From: an uncultured Actinomycetota bacterium | GTDB lineage: Bacteria > Actinomycetota > Actinomycetes > Actinomycetales > Dermatophilaceae | Assembly (NCBI GenBank): GCA_963826445.1 | Contig: CAWGXD010000041.1 | Location: 320 to 64,319 of the forward strand | Length of the DNA stretch: 64,000 nucleotides | Direction: 5' to 3' | Part shown: positions 10,692 through 20,766 of the stretch, in pieces | How the letters are laid out: every line of letters starts with the position of its first letter | Numbering within the stretch: position 1 is the first letter of the stretch | Notes under the pieces: generated by a model | Seen by the model: only the letters and a program-made list of their open reading frames with translations | Told to the model about the DNA's origin: nothing | Database searches by the model: none | Made by a program: the position numbers and the translations under genes

Positions 10692-11946
10692 TCACATCAT
10701 GAAGTCGCCGGGCATGGCCCGGAGGTAGCTGGTGTAGGCGCTGCGATTGCCGTCGTCCAGCTTCTCGGCGATGTCCTCGGCCGCCTGCTTGAGCGTGTCG
10801 ACCCAGTCGCGCACAGCGGAGGCTGACGCGCCCGGAGGCAGTTGGCTTGCCCTGAGACACAAGGCAACTCGGCCATCCGGAGCCAGCACGGGGACGACGA
10901 TGGCGCCGAGGTCATACGTCTCCCCGTCTTCGATGTCGATCGTCTCGAAGAACGGGGACGACGCCGCGATGACGTTCCGGACCGCGCGCTCTCGTGCCGG
11001 GGTCAGGTCCCCGCCTGCGTACTCGCGCATCGCATCCTGGAGGTCCGAGTAGCGAGGGTGGTCGTCCTCTCGCTGTCGGGACACGGCGAAGCCCCGGCTC
11101 CGCACGGCGCCCAGGCGTCGGCGGTACGTGTCGACGACCGCGGGCTCCTGGCTCGAGGCGCGGGCCAGCCAGGTCTCGACAGTCGCGTCGTCGGTCCACG
11201 CGACGTAGGCCTCGCCGAGCGGCGGCATGAGCGGCACGCGCACGCCGAGTGGTTCGAGGACCTCTGCGCTTCCGCCGTAGGCGGTGACCGCCACGGTGAG
11301 CTCATGGTCGTTGGCGGCGACCAGCACGGCGGCCTCACAGCCGAGAAGGCGGGCCACCCGCTGCGCCTGCGGCCGGGCCACCTCGGCCAGGCGGACGGCC
11401 TCGATGAGGTCGGCGTCGCCCTTGGCGGTCATGCCGCGCGTGTTGAAGCCGCCATAGCCGCCCTGGAAGAACAGCAGCGGCGTCGTCGGGCGGTTGACCT
11501 GCATCGCCTGCACCTCGCAGAGAACGATGTAGTGGTCGCCGGCCGTGACGACGTCATGGGGCTTGCAGTGGATGTGCGCGACGGCGTCGTGCAGCACGGG
11601 GGCGCCGTGGTCAGACGGGCTCCACGCCACGTCGTCGAACTTGCCCGGGCGAGGAACCGCCATGAAGCGGCAGAGGTCGAGTTGGTCATGCGCCAAGACG
11701 TTGATGCAGTATGCCGCTGAGTCCCTCATCAACGAATACGTGCCCTGACGTCGTGGTCGGCATGAAGGCCACGAGCGGTGGATCGAGGGAGACCGCGGTG
11801 AAGGTCCCGACCACCATTCCGATCGGGTCGCCGTCCGGCGAGGTTCCGGTGACGACGGTGACGCCAGTCGGATAATGACCCATGACCTCGCGATACTGGG
11901 CGGGGTCGATGGGTGGGGGCGCAGGAGTGGATGTCCGCTCGGTCAC
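10692..11946 (-). CDS. Flavin reductase (HpaC/HsaB-like) fused to an IclR-type effector domain; one frameshift near 11745
   Basis: YREVMGHYPTGVTVVT, SLDPPLV, GDHYIV, PLLFFQGGY, continuing in frame into PLMPPLGEAYVAW, VRSRGFAV, IVVPV. Confidence 0.8.
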
Positions 11947-11975
11947 GGTCGCACCTTCACCTTTCCGCTACTACT

Positions 11976-12104
11976 CTGTAGCATTCACTACAGTGACGGT
12001 AGGTCATGAGGCAACCGGTCGGCAAGGTCCCTGTAGCAGTTATGAGATATCGCGGCGTGGACGGGCTCGGTGGAGAGGACCTACTGGCTAGTGTTGCACT
12101 ACAG
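11976..12104. promoter_or_regulatory. Divergent promoter region with operator copies
   Basis: CTGTAG-CATTCA-CTACAG at 11976-11993; CTGTAG half-site at 12031; TAGTG-TTG-CACTA(CAG) at 12089-12104. Confidence 0.6.
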
Positions 12105-12166
12105 GGAATGGTCAAGAGGCGTGGAAACGGTCGAGGAACGGCCGCCCCGATGGAGGAGCGACGTAC

Positions 12167-12802
12167 ATGGTGCGCAAGACCGAGCGGCGACACCGGCAGG
12201 GCGACGAGTCCCGTCGGGCGATTCTCGAGGCGACCCTCGCGATCGCGGCCGACCGGGGCTACGACGGGACGACCGTTGCGTTGGTGCAGGAGGCGACGGG
12301 GCTGCCCGCCAGCTCGATCTACTGGCACTTCGGCAGCAAGGACGAACTGCTCGCCGCGACTCTCGAGCATTCCTACCGGTCCTGGCGCGGCACAGCGCCA
12401 ACCTGGGTGGCGGGGAGTGAGCCGCGCGACATGGCCGACCGGATCGAGCGGCGCTTCCAACGGGCAGCCCAGGCGCTGACGACCTCCCCCCAGTTCTGGT
12501 CACTCGGTCTGCTCCTCACGCTCCAGCAACGTGTCAAGGAGCCTGCGGCGAGAAGGCTCTATGCCGAGGTGCGGCACGACACGGAGACCGCAATCCGCGA
12601 CTGGTGGGCCACCGTCCTGTCACCGGCGGCGTGCGAGGCCGACCCTGAACTCACCACGAGACTCGCACGCTTCCACATGATGCTGATGGACGGGCTGTTC
12701 CTTCAGGTCCGCTCGTCCAGCGCCAAGGACATCAAGCGGCTCGTCTCACTCATGTCGCAGGGACTCGGTCGTCATCTGACCGCGGTGGGGGTGGCGGCGT
12801 GA
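12167..12802 (+). CDS. TetR/AcrR family regulator
   Basis: ILEATL...GYDGTTV..V....G....SIYWHFGSKDEL helix-turn-helix. Confidence 0.9.
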   Translation: MVRKTERRHRQGDESRRAILEATLAIAADRGYDGTTVALVQEATGLPASSIYWHFGSKDELLAATLEHSYRSWRGTAPTWVAGSEPRDMADRIERRFQRAAQALTTSPQFWSLGLLLTLQQRVKEPAARRLYAEVRHDTETAIRDWWATVLSPAACEADPELTTRLARFHMMLMDGLFLQVRSSSAKDIKRLVSLMSQGLGRHLTAVGVAA

Positions 12803-13437
12803 ACGCTCAGACCAGTGGCACCACCACGACGCGGTCGAAGAACCGGACGGCCGCTCCCGAGCGCTCGCGAGACCGCATCATGGCCGCTGCATCCGACCTG
12901 GTCAGGGAGCGTGGGATCGCCGGGACGACCATCGCGCGGGTCTGCCAACGATCCGGCCTGCCGGTGAGCTCGGTGTACTGGCACTTCGAGGACAAGGACC
13001 ACCTCTTCGCCGAGGTGATCCGCACCAGCTTTGCCAAGTGGCTCGTGTCCGTTCCCAGGTGGGACGTCGGCCCGGAGACGACGGTCGCCGAGGGCCTGCG
13101 ACGGGTCCTGGGGCAGTCGACTCGAACCTTCGCTGACATGCCCGCCTTCCTGCGGATCGGCATGCAGGTGCTGCTCGACACCAGCGAGGACCAGGCGAAG
13201 ACTCGGGAGGCCTACCTCGACGTGCGACAGCAGGTGCATCGGATGATCGCGGCGTGGATGACGCAAATCCTGCCCGATGAGCTCGGACCAGACACTGCCG
13301 AGGACCTCGCGAGCCTGGTCGTTGCCGTGTCGGACGGCATGATCGTCGGCTCGCAGATCTATCCCGGCTGGGACCCCGAGGTCTACGTCGACCTGCTCGC
13401 CGGAGCCATTGCCGGCATCGCGCACCCCTCCGCTTGA
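12799..13437 (+). CDS. TetR/AcrR family regulator (second, translationally coupled)
   Basis: GIAGTTIARVCQRSGLPVSSVYWHFEDKDHL; GTGA overlap with the previous gene. Confidence 0.9.
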   Translation: MNAQTSGTTTTRSKNRTAAPERSRDRIMAAASDLVRERGIAGTTIARVCQRSGLPVSSVYWHFEDKDHLFAEVIRTSFAKWLVSVPRWDVGPETTVAEGLRRVLGQSTRTFADMPAFLRIGMQVLLDTSEDQAKTREAYLDVRQQVHRMIAAWMTQILPDELGPDTAEDLASLVVAVSDGMIVGSQIYPGWDPEVYVDLLAGAIAGIAHPSA

Positions 13438-13593
13438 GGGCCTCCGCAGCACAACGTGGGGTCGACGGTGCCCGCGAGCCTCGACCTGACCGCGAACGTC
13501 AGCGGCGGCGACGTCGAGACCATCCGCAACGCGGTCTACGAGACGCGCTGAGCGCGACCCAACCCACGCGCGGGGCCACATTGTCTTGCAACT

Positions 13594-13640
13594 GAGCTCA
13601 GCGGCATACGGAACAAGCATTTTCCGTATGCCGCTGGGCT
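13594..13640. repeat. REP-like family A hairpin
   Basis: GAGCTCAGCGGCATACGGA ... TCCGTATGCCGCTGGGCT. Confidence 0.85.
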
Positions 13641-13674
13641 GGTTCTGCGCCCGCCCGCTGAGTCCGCGGGTCGC

Positions 13675-14640
13675 TCAGGCGGGGGCGAGCTGCTTGCGGC
13701 GCTCGGACGCCCAGCCCGGGCCGCGCAGCAGGAAGCCGAACCGGTCGCGCCAGGTCGTCGCGGCCGCGATGTCCCGGGCGATGTCGCGCCACTCGTGGGT
13801 GGCGATGCGCGCCGGGTTGAAGGTGTCGATGTTGGTCGTCAGCCCGTAGACGACGCGCTCGCCCTCCGGCTCGAAGGTGCCGAAGAGCTTGTCCCAGAGG
13901 ATGAGGATCGAGCCGTGGTTGCGGTCGAGGTACTGCCGGTTCGAGCCGTGGTGGACGCGGTGGTGGCACGGGGTGTTGAGCACCTTCTCGAGCCAGCCGA
14001 TGGAGCGGACCGCCTCGGTGTGGATCCAGAACTGGTAGATGAGGTTGAGCGCGCGGGCGTTCTCGATGACCGACGGCCGAATGCCGGCGAGGGCGAGCAG
14101 TCCGTAGGGGACCGTGAGGGTCACGCCCTCGGCCACCGGCTGGCGGAGCGCGGTCGAGAGGTTGTAGCGCTCGCTCGAGTGGTGCACGACGTGGACCGCC
14201 CAGAGCCAGCGGCGACTCGTGGGAGAGGCGGTGGTTCCAGTAGTAGATCGCGTCCCAACCGAGGATGGCCAGGGCCGTCGCTGCCGCGCCGGTGCCTCGG
14301 TCGAAGCGGGTGAGGCCGAAGAGCCGGCGGCCGCTCGTCTGCGCGGCCCAGGTCGTGGCGACGGTGAGCGCGGCGGAGCCGACGGCGGCGACGGCGGCGG
14401 GGCCGGTGACCTGGCCGAGCGCGTCGACGCGGGAGCGGACGGGGACGATGTTTGTGGTGTTGTTGTCAGGAAGGGTGCCGGCCTCGGGGAGGGTGCCGGC
14501 GCGATGGCGGCGGAGGATGTCTCCGACGGTCGGTGGCAGTGCCAGCGACGAGGGTGGTCCCGAGCAGCGCCTTGCCCCACCGGCCGGTGCCCGGCGTCAG
14601 CGGGTCGAGCACCCGCTTTGCGACGAACGGCGCGATGAGG
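13675..14640 (-). CDS. Sterol desaturase/fatty-acid hydroxylase family (alkylglycerol monooxygenase-like); start uncertain, frameshifted
   Basis: YYWNHR, WAVHVVHHSSERYNLSTALRQ, YQFWIHT, HHRVHH, WDKLFGTF histidine boxes. Confidence 0.75.
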   Translation of the reverse strand, partial: PHRAVRRKAGARPADAGHRPVGQGAARDHPRRWHCHRPSETSSAAIAPAPSPRPAPFLTTTPQTSSPSAPASTRSARSPAPPPSPPSAPPRSPSPRPGPRRRAAAGSSASPASTEAPARQRRPWPSSVGTRSTTGTTASPTSRRWLWAVHVVHHSSERYNLSTALRQPVAEGVTLTVPYGLLALAGIRPSVIENARALNLIYQFWIHTEAVRSIGWLEKVLNTPCHHRVHHGSNRQYLDRNHGSILILWDKLFGTFEPEGERVVYGLTTNIDTFNPARIATHEWRDIARDIAAATTWRDRFGFLLRGPGWASERRKQLAPA

Positions 14641-14686
14641 CTGCCGGCCTCGACAAGGGTGGGGCGGGGAACCTAGCGTCGATTGC

Positions 14687-15109
14687 ATGGTGCAGATGCC
14701 GGCAGAGGCGCGTGCAGTCATCGAGTCGGGGAGGCTGGCGCACTTCGTCACCGTGAACGCGGACGGCAGCCCCCAGGTGACCGTGGTGTGGGTCGGGCTC
14801 GACGGCGATGACATCGTGATCGGCAAGCTCATGGTCGACCAGAAGGTGCGCAACATCGAGCGCGACCCACGGGTCTCGCTGTCCATCGAGGCCGAGGGCA
14901 GCAGCCATGGGATGCAGCACTATCTCGTCGTCGAGGGCAGGGCGCGCGTCGACGACGGCGGAGCGCCCGAGCTGCTCCACGAGCTCGCCCAGCGGTACAT
15001 CGGACCTGGAACGGAGTTCCCCCCGATGCCCAACCCGCCCGCGGGATTCACCATCCGTGTCACGCCCACGAGAGTCCGCGGGACGGGCCCTTGGGCTGAT
15101 GGCCACTGA
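14687..15109 (+). CDS. PPOX-class F420-dependent oxidoreductase
   Basis: TVNADGSPQVTVVW, KVRNIERDPRVSL. Confidence 0.85.
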   Translation: MVQMPAEARAVIESGRLAHFVTVNADGSPQVTVVWVGLDGDDIVIGKLMVDQKVRNIERDPRVSLSIEAEGSSHGMQHYLVVEGRARVDDGGAPELLHELAQRYIGPGTEFPPMPNPPAGFTIRVTPTRVRGTGPWADGH

Positions 15110-15342
15110 CAAGCATTTTCCGTATGCCGCTGAGCTCGCTCACTTTCGAGGGTGACCTCGCGCGGTGGCTGGGAATCACTCGCCCCGCAGCGCCGTACTG
15201 ATGAAGCCGACCGTCGCGGCGGTCACCTCCGGGAGTGGTGCACCGTGCTCGACAAGCAGGGCGGCGGCGCGTGCGAGGCGGCGCCTCGACTCTGCCCGCG
15301 ACCCCCGGCGCGTTGGGCTGGGAGCGAGCTCAGCGGCATACG
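15109..15342. repeat. Inverted pair of family A repeats bracketing about 180 bp (REPIN/MITE-like)
   Basis: CGTATGCCGCTGAGCTCGCTC (15121-15141) and its reverse complement GAGCGAGCTCAGCGGCATACG (15322-15342). Confidence 0.7.
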
Positions 15343-15394
15343 ATCTCGTCTGCTGGCGGGTGTGCTGGAGCGTGGGGAGGGTAGACGATGGGGT

Positions 15395-15790
15395 ATGAAA
15401 CTCAGCCACTTGCCCCTACGTCTGGCGACGGGCGCCTTCATCCTCAACTCCGGTCTCGGCAAGCGTGGCCTCCAGGGTGAGGCCGCCGAAGGGCTGCAAG
15501 GCATGGCCTCCGTGACCTTGCCTGGGCCGCTGCGGGAGATGGACGCGACCGAGTTTGCGCAGCTGCTCTCCCGGGCGGAGATTGCCCTTGGCGTCGCGCT
15601 GTTGGCGCCCTTCGTGCCGTCGCGGTTGGCCGGTGCCGCACTGACCGCATTCGGCGGGGGTCTGTTGAGCCTGTACATGCGCACTCCCGGAATGCGACAG
15701 GAGGGGAGTATCCGTCCGACCCAGGCGGGCACGGCGCTTGCGAAGGACGTCTGGCTCGTCGGGGCCGGGCTCACGCTGCTGCTCGACTGA
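15395..15790 (+). CDS. DoxX-like membrane protein
   Basis: MKLSHLPLRLATGAFILNSG, EIALG.ALL.P, LAKDVWL; hydrophobic. Confidence 0.75.
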   Translation: MKLSHLPLRLATGAFILNSGLGKRGLQGEAAEGLQGMASVTLPGPLREMDATEFAQLLSRAEIALGVALLAPFVPSRLAGAALTAFGGGLLSLYMRTPGMRQEGSIRPTQAGTALAKDVWLVGAGLTLLLD

Positions 15791-15835
15791 TCAGACAAGC
15801 TCGAGGATTACGGCCCTTTCGGACTCATCGGGTGG

Positions 15836-15881
15836 GTGGCCGGGAGACGGGTCGAACCGCGGACCTTCCGATTTTCAGCCG
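15836..15881 (-). repeat. Degenerate copy of the tRNA-Phe 3' half (att site)
   Basis: 40/46 identity by manual alignment to 22455-22500. Confidence 0.85.
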
Positions 15882-15959
15882 CCCACATCGCCGCTGGTCA
15901 GCGGCTGTGTCCACCTCCTCGTGCAACGAGCCGTGCAACCATCCTGCGCCGTGCAGGTC

Positions 15960-16130
15960 TGCTTCAGCTACGAGGTTGTGGAGCTCGTGCGGGGTCTGCG
16001 GAACGTGCGTGGGTCTCCATGCTGGGGGGCTGCCCCTCAGTTGAGCCGCGAGATGAGGATGTGGCCCGTTCTCCGCAAGGTCGGTGGCTTGGGTCGCCGT
16101 CAGCAGCGGTATCAAGGCGTGATGGCGTCG
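15960..16130 (-). pseudogene. Possible decayed tyrosine-integrase C-terminus
   Basis: ATDLAENGPHPHLAAQLRG / SMETHAR resembles the 'AT.L.E.G.....Q.LGH.S...T.RY' box; adjacent to the att site. Confidence 0.3.
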
Positions 16131-16368
16131 GCGACCCGACTGACTCGCACGAGGTGGCGGGAGCGCGGATGGCGCTGAGCTGGACACACTGGATCTGACC
16201 AACGCCGAGGCCCGAACGACATTTGGACGCGCCGAACCACGTGGTCAGCCAATGGGGGTAAGCGGAGCGCTCTGTCTCGTGCGCTGGTGTCGCGGTTCGC
16301 AACAGGAGTGCCGAAGCTGTCACGGCTCCACGCGGCACCGGTCGAGTCCTTCTCTGCATCTCTGCCGA

Positions 16369-17184
16369 TCAGGTCTCGCCGGATTGCGCCCCGGTCTCAT
16401 AGGCGGGGCGCAACAGCTCGGGGAGGGTGTGCCCGCGCATGGCGACCTCGACCGGGGGCAGCTGGTCCAGTAGCGACGTCCGCGAGTGAGTGCTTGAGCG
16501 GGACCGATGCACCGGTCCCTGGGGCGCGAAGAAGCTGTCCAGGAGACTCTCCAGCGGCGGGCTAGTGGCCGGCGCGTCGCCCGTGCCTCGTGGGCTGTCG
16601 GTTCGCGCGGCGTGCAGGTTGTCGAGGAGGTCCTCGCGTTGCCGGCCGCGCCAGGCGAGGATCCGGAACGGGTCCTCGTCGAAGGACTCGGCCAGCAGGT
16701 AGAAGGTGGCGGCGAGGTGCTTGCACGGCACCTCCCAGTCGGGGCAGGAGCAGTCGAGCGACAGGTCTGACGCGCTGGTGGGGAAGAGTGACAGGCCGAT
16801 TCCGGTGAAGACGTCCTCGATGTCGTCGGGCATCTCCCCGGCGAGGAGGTTGGCGAGGTACCACGCGTTACCCGCGAGCTCCTGCTCGACCTGTGCCCAC
16901 TCCGTCTTGCCGAAGGCGCTCGCGCCGATGCGCACCCGGTAGGGCCGGGCCCGGCTGCCCTGCACCTGCGCGGTGACGGAGCCGGCTTCGATCTCGAGGG
17001 AGACGACCTGGCCCTTGCGGGCATACGTGCGGCCTCGCTGCAGCCGGCTGCCCAGGCCCATGCCCTCGAGCACGGTGATGAACCGTTGCGACCACCAGCG
17101 CTGGGCGATGGCGCCACGCTTGCTCCGAGCGACGATGCCGCCCTCGACGGTTCGCGGCGTGGACGGCGGGTAGAACCTAGTCAT
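16369..17184 (-). CDS. SWIM zinc-finger protein
   Basis: [35 protein letters not shown]. Confidence 0.9.
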   Translation of the reverse strand: MTRFYPPSTPRTVEGGIVARSKRGAIAQRWWSQRFITVLEGMGLGSRLQRGRTYARKGQVVSLEIEAGSVTAQVQGSRARPYRVRIGASAFGKTEWAQVEQELAGNAWYLANLLAGEMPDDIEDVFTGIGLSLFPTSASDLSLDCSCPDWEVPCKHLAATFYLLAESFDEDPFRILAWRGRQREDLLDNLHAARTDSPRGTGDAPATSPPLESLLDSFFAPQGPVHRSRSSTHSRTSLLDQLPPVEVAMRGHTLPELLRPAYETGAQSGET

Positions 17185-20100
17185 CGACGGCGTCCTTGGA
17201 CAGGGCGAACAGGCGGCGCAGCTCGCCGGTGGACAGTTCCGTGAGCCAGCCCTCCCCGTCGCCGACGACGAGGTTGGCCAGGGCCATCTTCTCCTCGATC
17301 AGCTGGTCGATCTTCTCCTCCAGGGTGCCGGTACAGATGAACTTGCGGACCTGGACGCGACGCTGCTGCCCGATGCGGAAGGCCCGGTCGGTGGCCTGGT
17401 TCTCCACCGCCGGGTTCCACCACCGGTCCAGGTGGATGACGTGGTTGGCGGCGGTGAGGTTGAGGCCGGTCCCGCCGGCCTTGAGCGACAGCAGGAAGAT
17501 CGGCGGGCCCGTCCCCGGACTGGAATGCTGGACGAGCTCGTCCCGTCGCTGCTTCGGCGTGCCGCCGTGCAGGTAGGCGACGTCGGTGTCGAACCGGGCG
17601 GACAGGTGCGGCATCGAGCAGCTCGGCGAACTCGGTGTACTGGGTGAAGCACAGCACGCGGTCACCCTCGGCGAGGATCTCCTCGAGCAGCTCCTCGAGC
17701 CGGATGACCTTGCCCGAGCGGGTGCCGACGGGAGACCGGTCGTGGAGCACTTGGGCCGGATGGTTGCACACCTGCTTGAGCTTGGTCATCGCGGCCAGCA
17801 CGTTGCCGCGACGCTCGATGCCCTCGGAGTTCTCGATCCGGTCCATCATGTCGTCGACGATGGACTGGTAGAGGGAGGCCTGCTCGACGGTGAGGCGGCA
17901 GTACTCCTTCATCTCGAGCTTCTCGGGCAGGTCGTCGATGATCGTCGGATCGGTCTTCAGCCGGCGCAGGATATAGGGCTGGGTCACCGTGCGCAGGCGC
18001 TCGGCCGGCTCGGTCGCGCCGTGCCGTTCCACGGGGATGGCGTATCGGGTGCGGAAGAGCTCTGACGATCCGAGCAGGCCGGGGTTGAGGAAGTCCATGA
18101 TCGACCACAGCTCGGACGAGCCGGTTCTCCACCGGAGTGCCGGTGAGAGCGACCCGGTGGTCGGCCCGCAGCCGGCGGGTCGCTTTGGCCGTCCGCGACA
18201 GGCTGTTCTTGATGGCCTGCGCCTCGTCGAGCACGACGCGGTGCCAGCCGTATTCGGCGAGCTCGTCGATGTCACGGGTGCCGGTGGCGTACGTCGTGAC
18301 CACGAGGTCCGTGACGGCCAGCTGGTCACGCAGGGCATCGCCACGGAGCCGGTCGCGGCCATGGTGTGCGTGCACGCGCAGGCTTGGGTGCGAACTTGGC
18401 TGCCTCGCGCTCCCAGTTGCCGACGAGAGACATCGGGCACAGCAGCAAGGTGGGACCGGAATCGGGGTTGTCAGCGCGTTGCGCGGACTCGAGGGCGAGC
18501 AGCTGGACCGTCTTGCCCAAGCCCATGTCGTCGGCCAGGCAGGAGCCGAGACCCAACGTGGCGAGGTAGGACAGCCAGGACAGCCCGCGCGACTGGTAGG
18601 GCCGCAGCGTCGCGGCGAAGGTCTCCGGTGGCTCGACGGGCGTCAACGCGCTGGGCGGGCTGCCGGCGAGCAGCTCGCCGAGCCAGCCGTCCGCGCTGAT
18701 GCCGGTGACCGGCAACGGGGTTTTGAGGTCGTCGGGGTGGCTGGCGGCCAGAGCCAGCACCTCGGCGGCGGTCCTCTGTTTGGCCGGCTTCCCGAGGAAC
18801 TCCAGACCTCGCCTCAGGTGTTCGGCGTTCACCGCGACCCACTGTCCGCGGAACCGGACGAGGGGTGCCTTGGTGTCGGCCAGGGCGGCGATCTCGTCGT
18901 CGGTCAGCGTGTCGTCGCCGATGGCGAGCCGCCACTGGAAGTCCATCAGGGCATCGCGACCGAAGGCGCCTCCGGTGACCGGGGTATCGCTCGGTGTGCT
19001 CGCCGTGGCCTTGAGCCCCAGCCGAGCGCGCCGGTCCCACCAGGAAGGGAGCAGCACCCCGAAACCCGCCTCGTCCAGCGCTGGGGCGGCGACCGACAGA
19101 AAGTGGAAGGCGCCATCGACGTCGAGTTCAACCATCTCGGGAGTCGCTTGCCGCAGGCCGGCGGCCAGCTCTGGATAGATCCGGCTGGCGCGGCCCAGCT
19201 CGCCGAGCAATAGCTCGTGTGGGCGATCGAGCCAGCGTCGCAAACTGCCGTCGTCGGCCCACGCCTGTGCCGCTGGCACGAGCAGGCTCGGGTCCAGCGT
19301 CGACTGGAGGAGGAACTCCAGGCGCCACGCCGTCGGGGCGGTCTGGACGACGCTGTCGTCGGCCGGCTCATCGGCCGGCCCGCTGTCATCGCCTGGTTGG
19401 CCCTCGGGCCAGCCGTGCTCTTCGTACTGCGGCTCGGACTCGCTGAGCCGGAAGCTCGCCCGCGCCGGACCGACCTGGCCGGTGCCGACCTCGTCCCAGG
19501 ACCGCAGGGCCGCCGCCAGCGTGGCAAGGTCCTCCTCATCGGCGTCGAAGTGGCCGTCGCCGGCGGTGAGCGCGGTCAGCCACGCCTCACTGGCCGGTAG
19601 CTGTCGCGGGCGCCGCCCGCGGCGCGACGGCACGAGGCTGAGTCCGAGCGGCAGCTCCCGCCGCATGGCCGCGTCGACAAGGGTATGGAGCGTGCTCGCC
19701 GCGAGGGGATACGCATCGTCCGCCCCGGGCTCGGCTCGACAGACCGGAGGCATCGCGGTGACGAGCTCGCCGAAGGCGACAACGTCCGGGCCCTGCAGCA
19801 CAGGCCTCCAACGGGCCACGGGGCCAGCCTCGTCGAACGCGAGCGTCGGCAGCACCCGACGTCGCTCGACCAGCTCGCAGGCAAAGATCGCCAGCTCGAC
19901 CATGAAGCGGATCGACGCGCCATACCGCGCTTCGATGTCGCTCCCCGGTGGGGGACCGTCGTCCAGACCAACGAGCCAGTCGAGCGCTTCGGCGGCGCCG
20001 AGGCAGACGGTCGGGACCCGCCATGCCAGCAGCACCGGATCGGTCCTCGGCGTGCCTCGCGGACTGACCCGAACGAGCTCCGGCGAGTCGAGCGGGGACT

Positions 20101-20299
20101 TGGACAGGGAAGGAAGGCGCAGGGTTGCCTCCCCAGCCTTGCCCGACCGGATCGAGGCAAGGGCTTCCGCCGGCGCGGCGAACGGGTGCGGCCGTGCGGA
20201 CCGCAGCGCCTGGCTGCGGCTCGTGACAGCACGGTCAGAGTCCTCGGCCCACAAGCACATGCCGTATTCGGTGGACCAGAAGCCATGGACGACGAACAC
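17177..20299 (-). CDS. SNF2-family helicase/ATPase, frameshifted
   Basis: [66 protein letters not shown]. Confidence 0.9.
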
Positions 20300-20766
20300 T
20301 GCGGGCCTTTCACGTGGACGGAAGCGTGATCAGGGTAGCCACACGAGTCAGGCGACGGAACCGCAGCCGCGTCGGTTCGCGCACCTTGAGCGCCCGTACG
20401 ACGCACGTCGCACTTAACGCCCGGCTCGCGTCGCGCTGGCTGCAGTGCCCGCACGGGCAGCCGCTGCAGGGGCCGTTGCTCCGGACACCGACGCTTGTCG
20501 GACCTGGTGCCCAAGCGGTGGTGGAACCGGGTGCACGGCGAGGTCAGCGATGCCACCGTGCCTGTTCCGATCGGCACTGCCACCGCCCGGATCGTTCGCC
20601 GGGCCCGTGCCGGCGCGGGCACTAGCCCTTCCGGGTTGTCGCGCTTGCCGTGCTCGTGCTGTGGGGCGACACGATCACCGGGCGGCAGTTCGTGCAGGGG
20701 TCGCGGTGCCGGGCCGTGACGGCATCTGAGCGCCCGGCTGGGGGACCAGGCGACCCTGTGCCGGGG

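Noticed and set aside
15333-15348. Illumina P7 adapter contamination (CGGCATACGA) as the source of family A
   Set aside because: Only about 10 nt are shared; flanks are GCTCAG rather than the adapter sequence, and copies form hairpins at gene boundaries
15836-15881. Second functional tRNA-Phe
   Set aside because: Only the 3' half is present, with no D-arm and a disrupted T-stem
20300-20760. Extra small ORFs or RNA between fic and SNF2
   Set aside because: No RBS, protein motif or convincing structure seen
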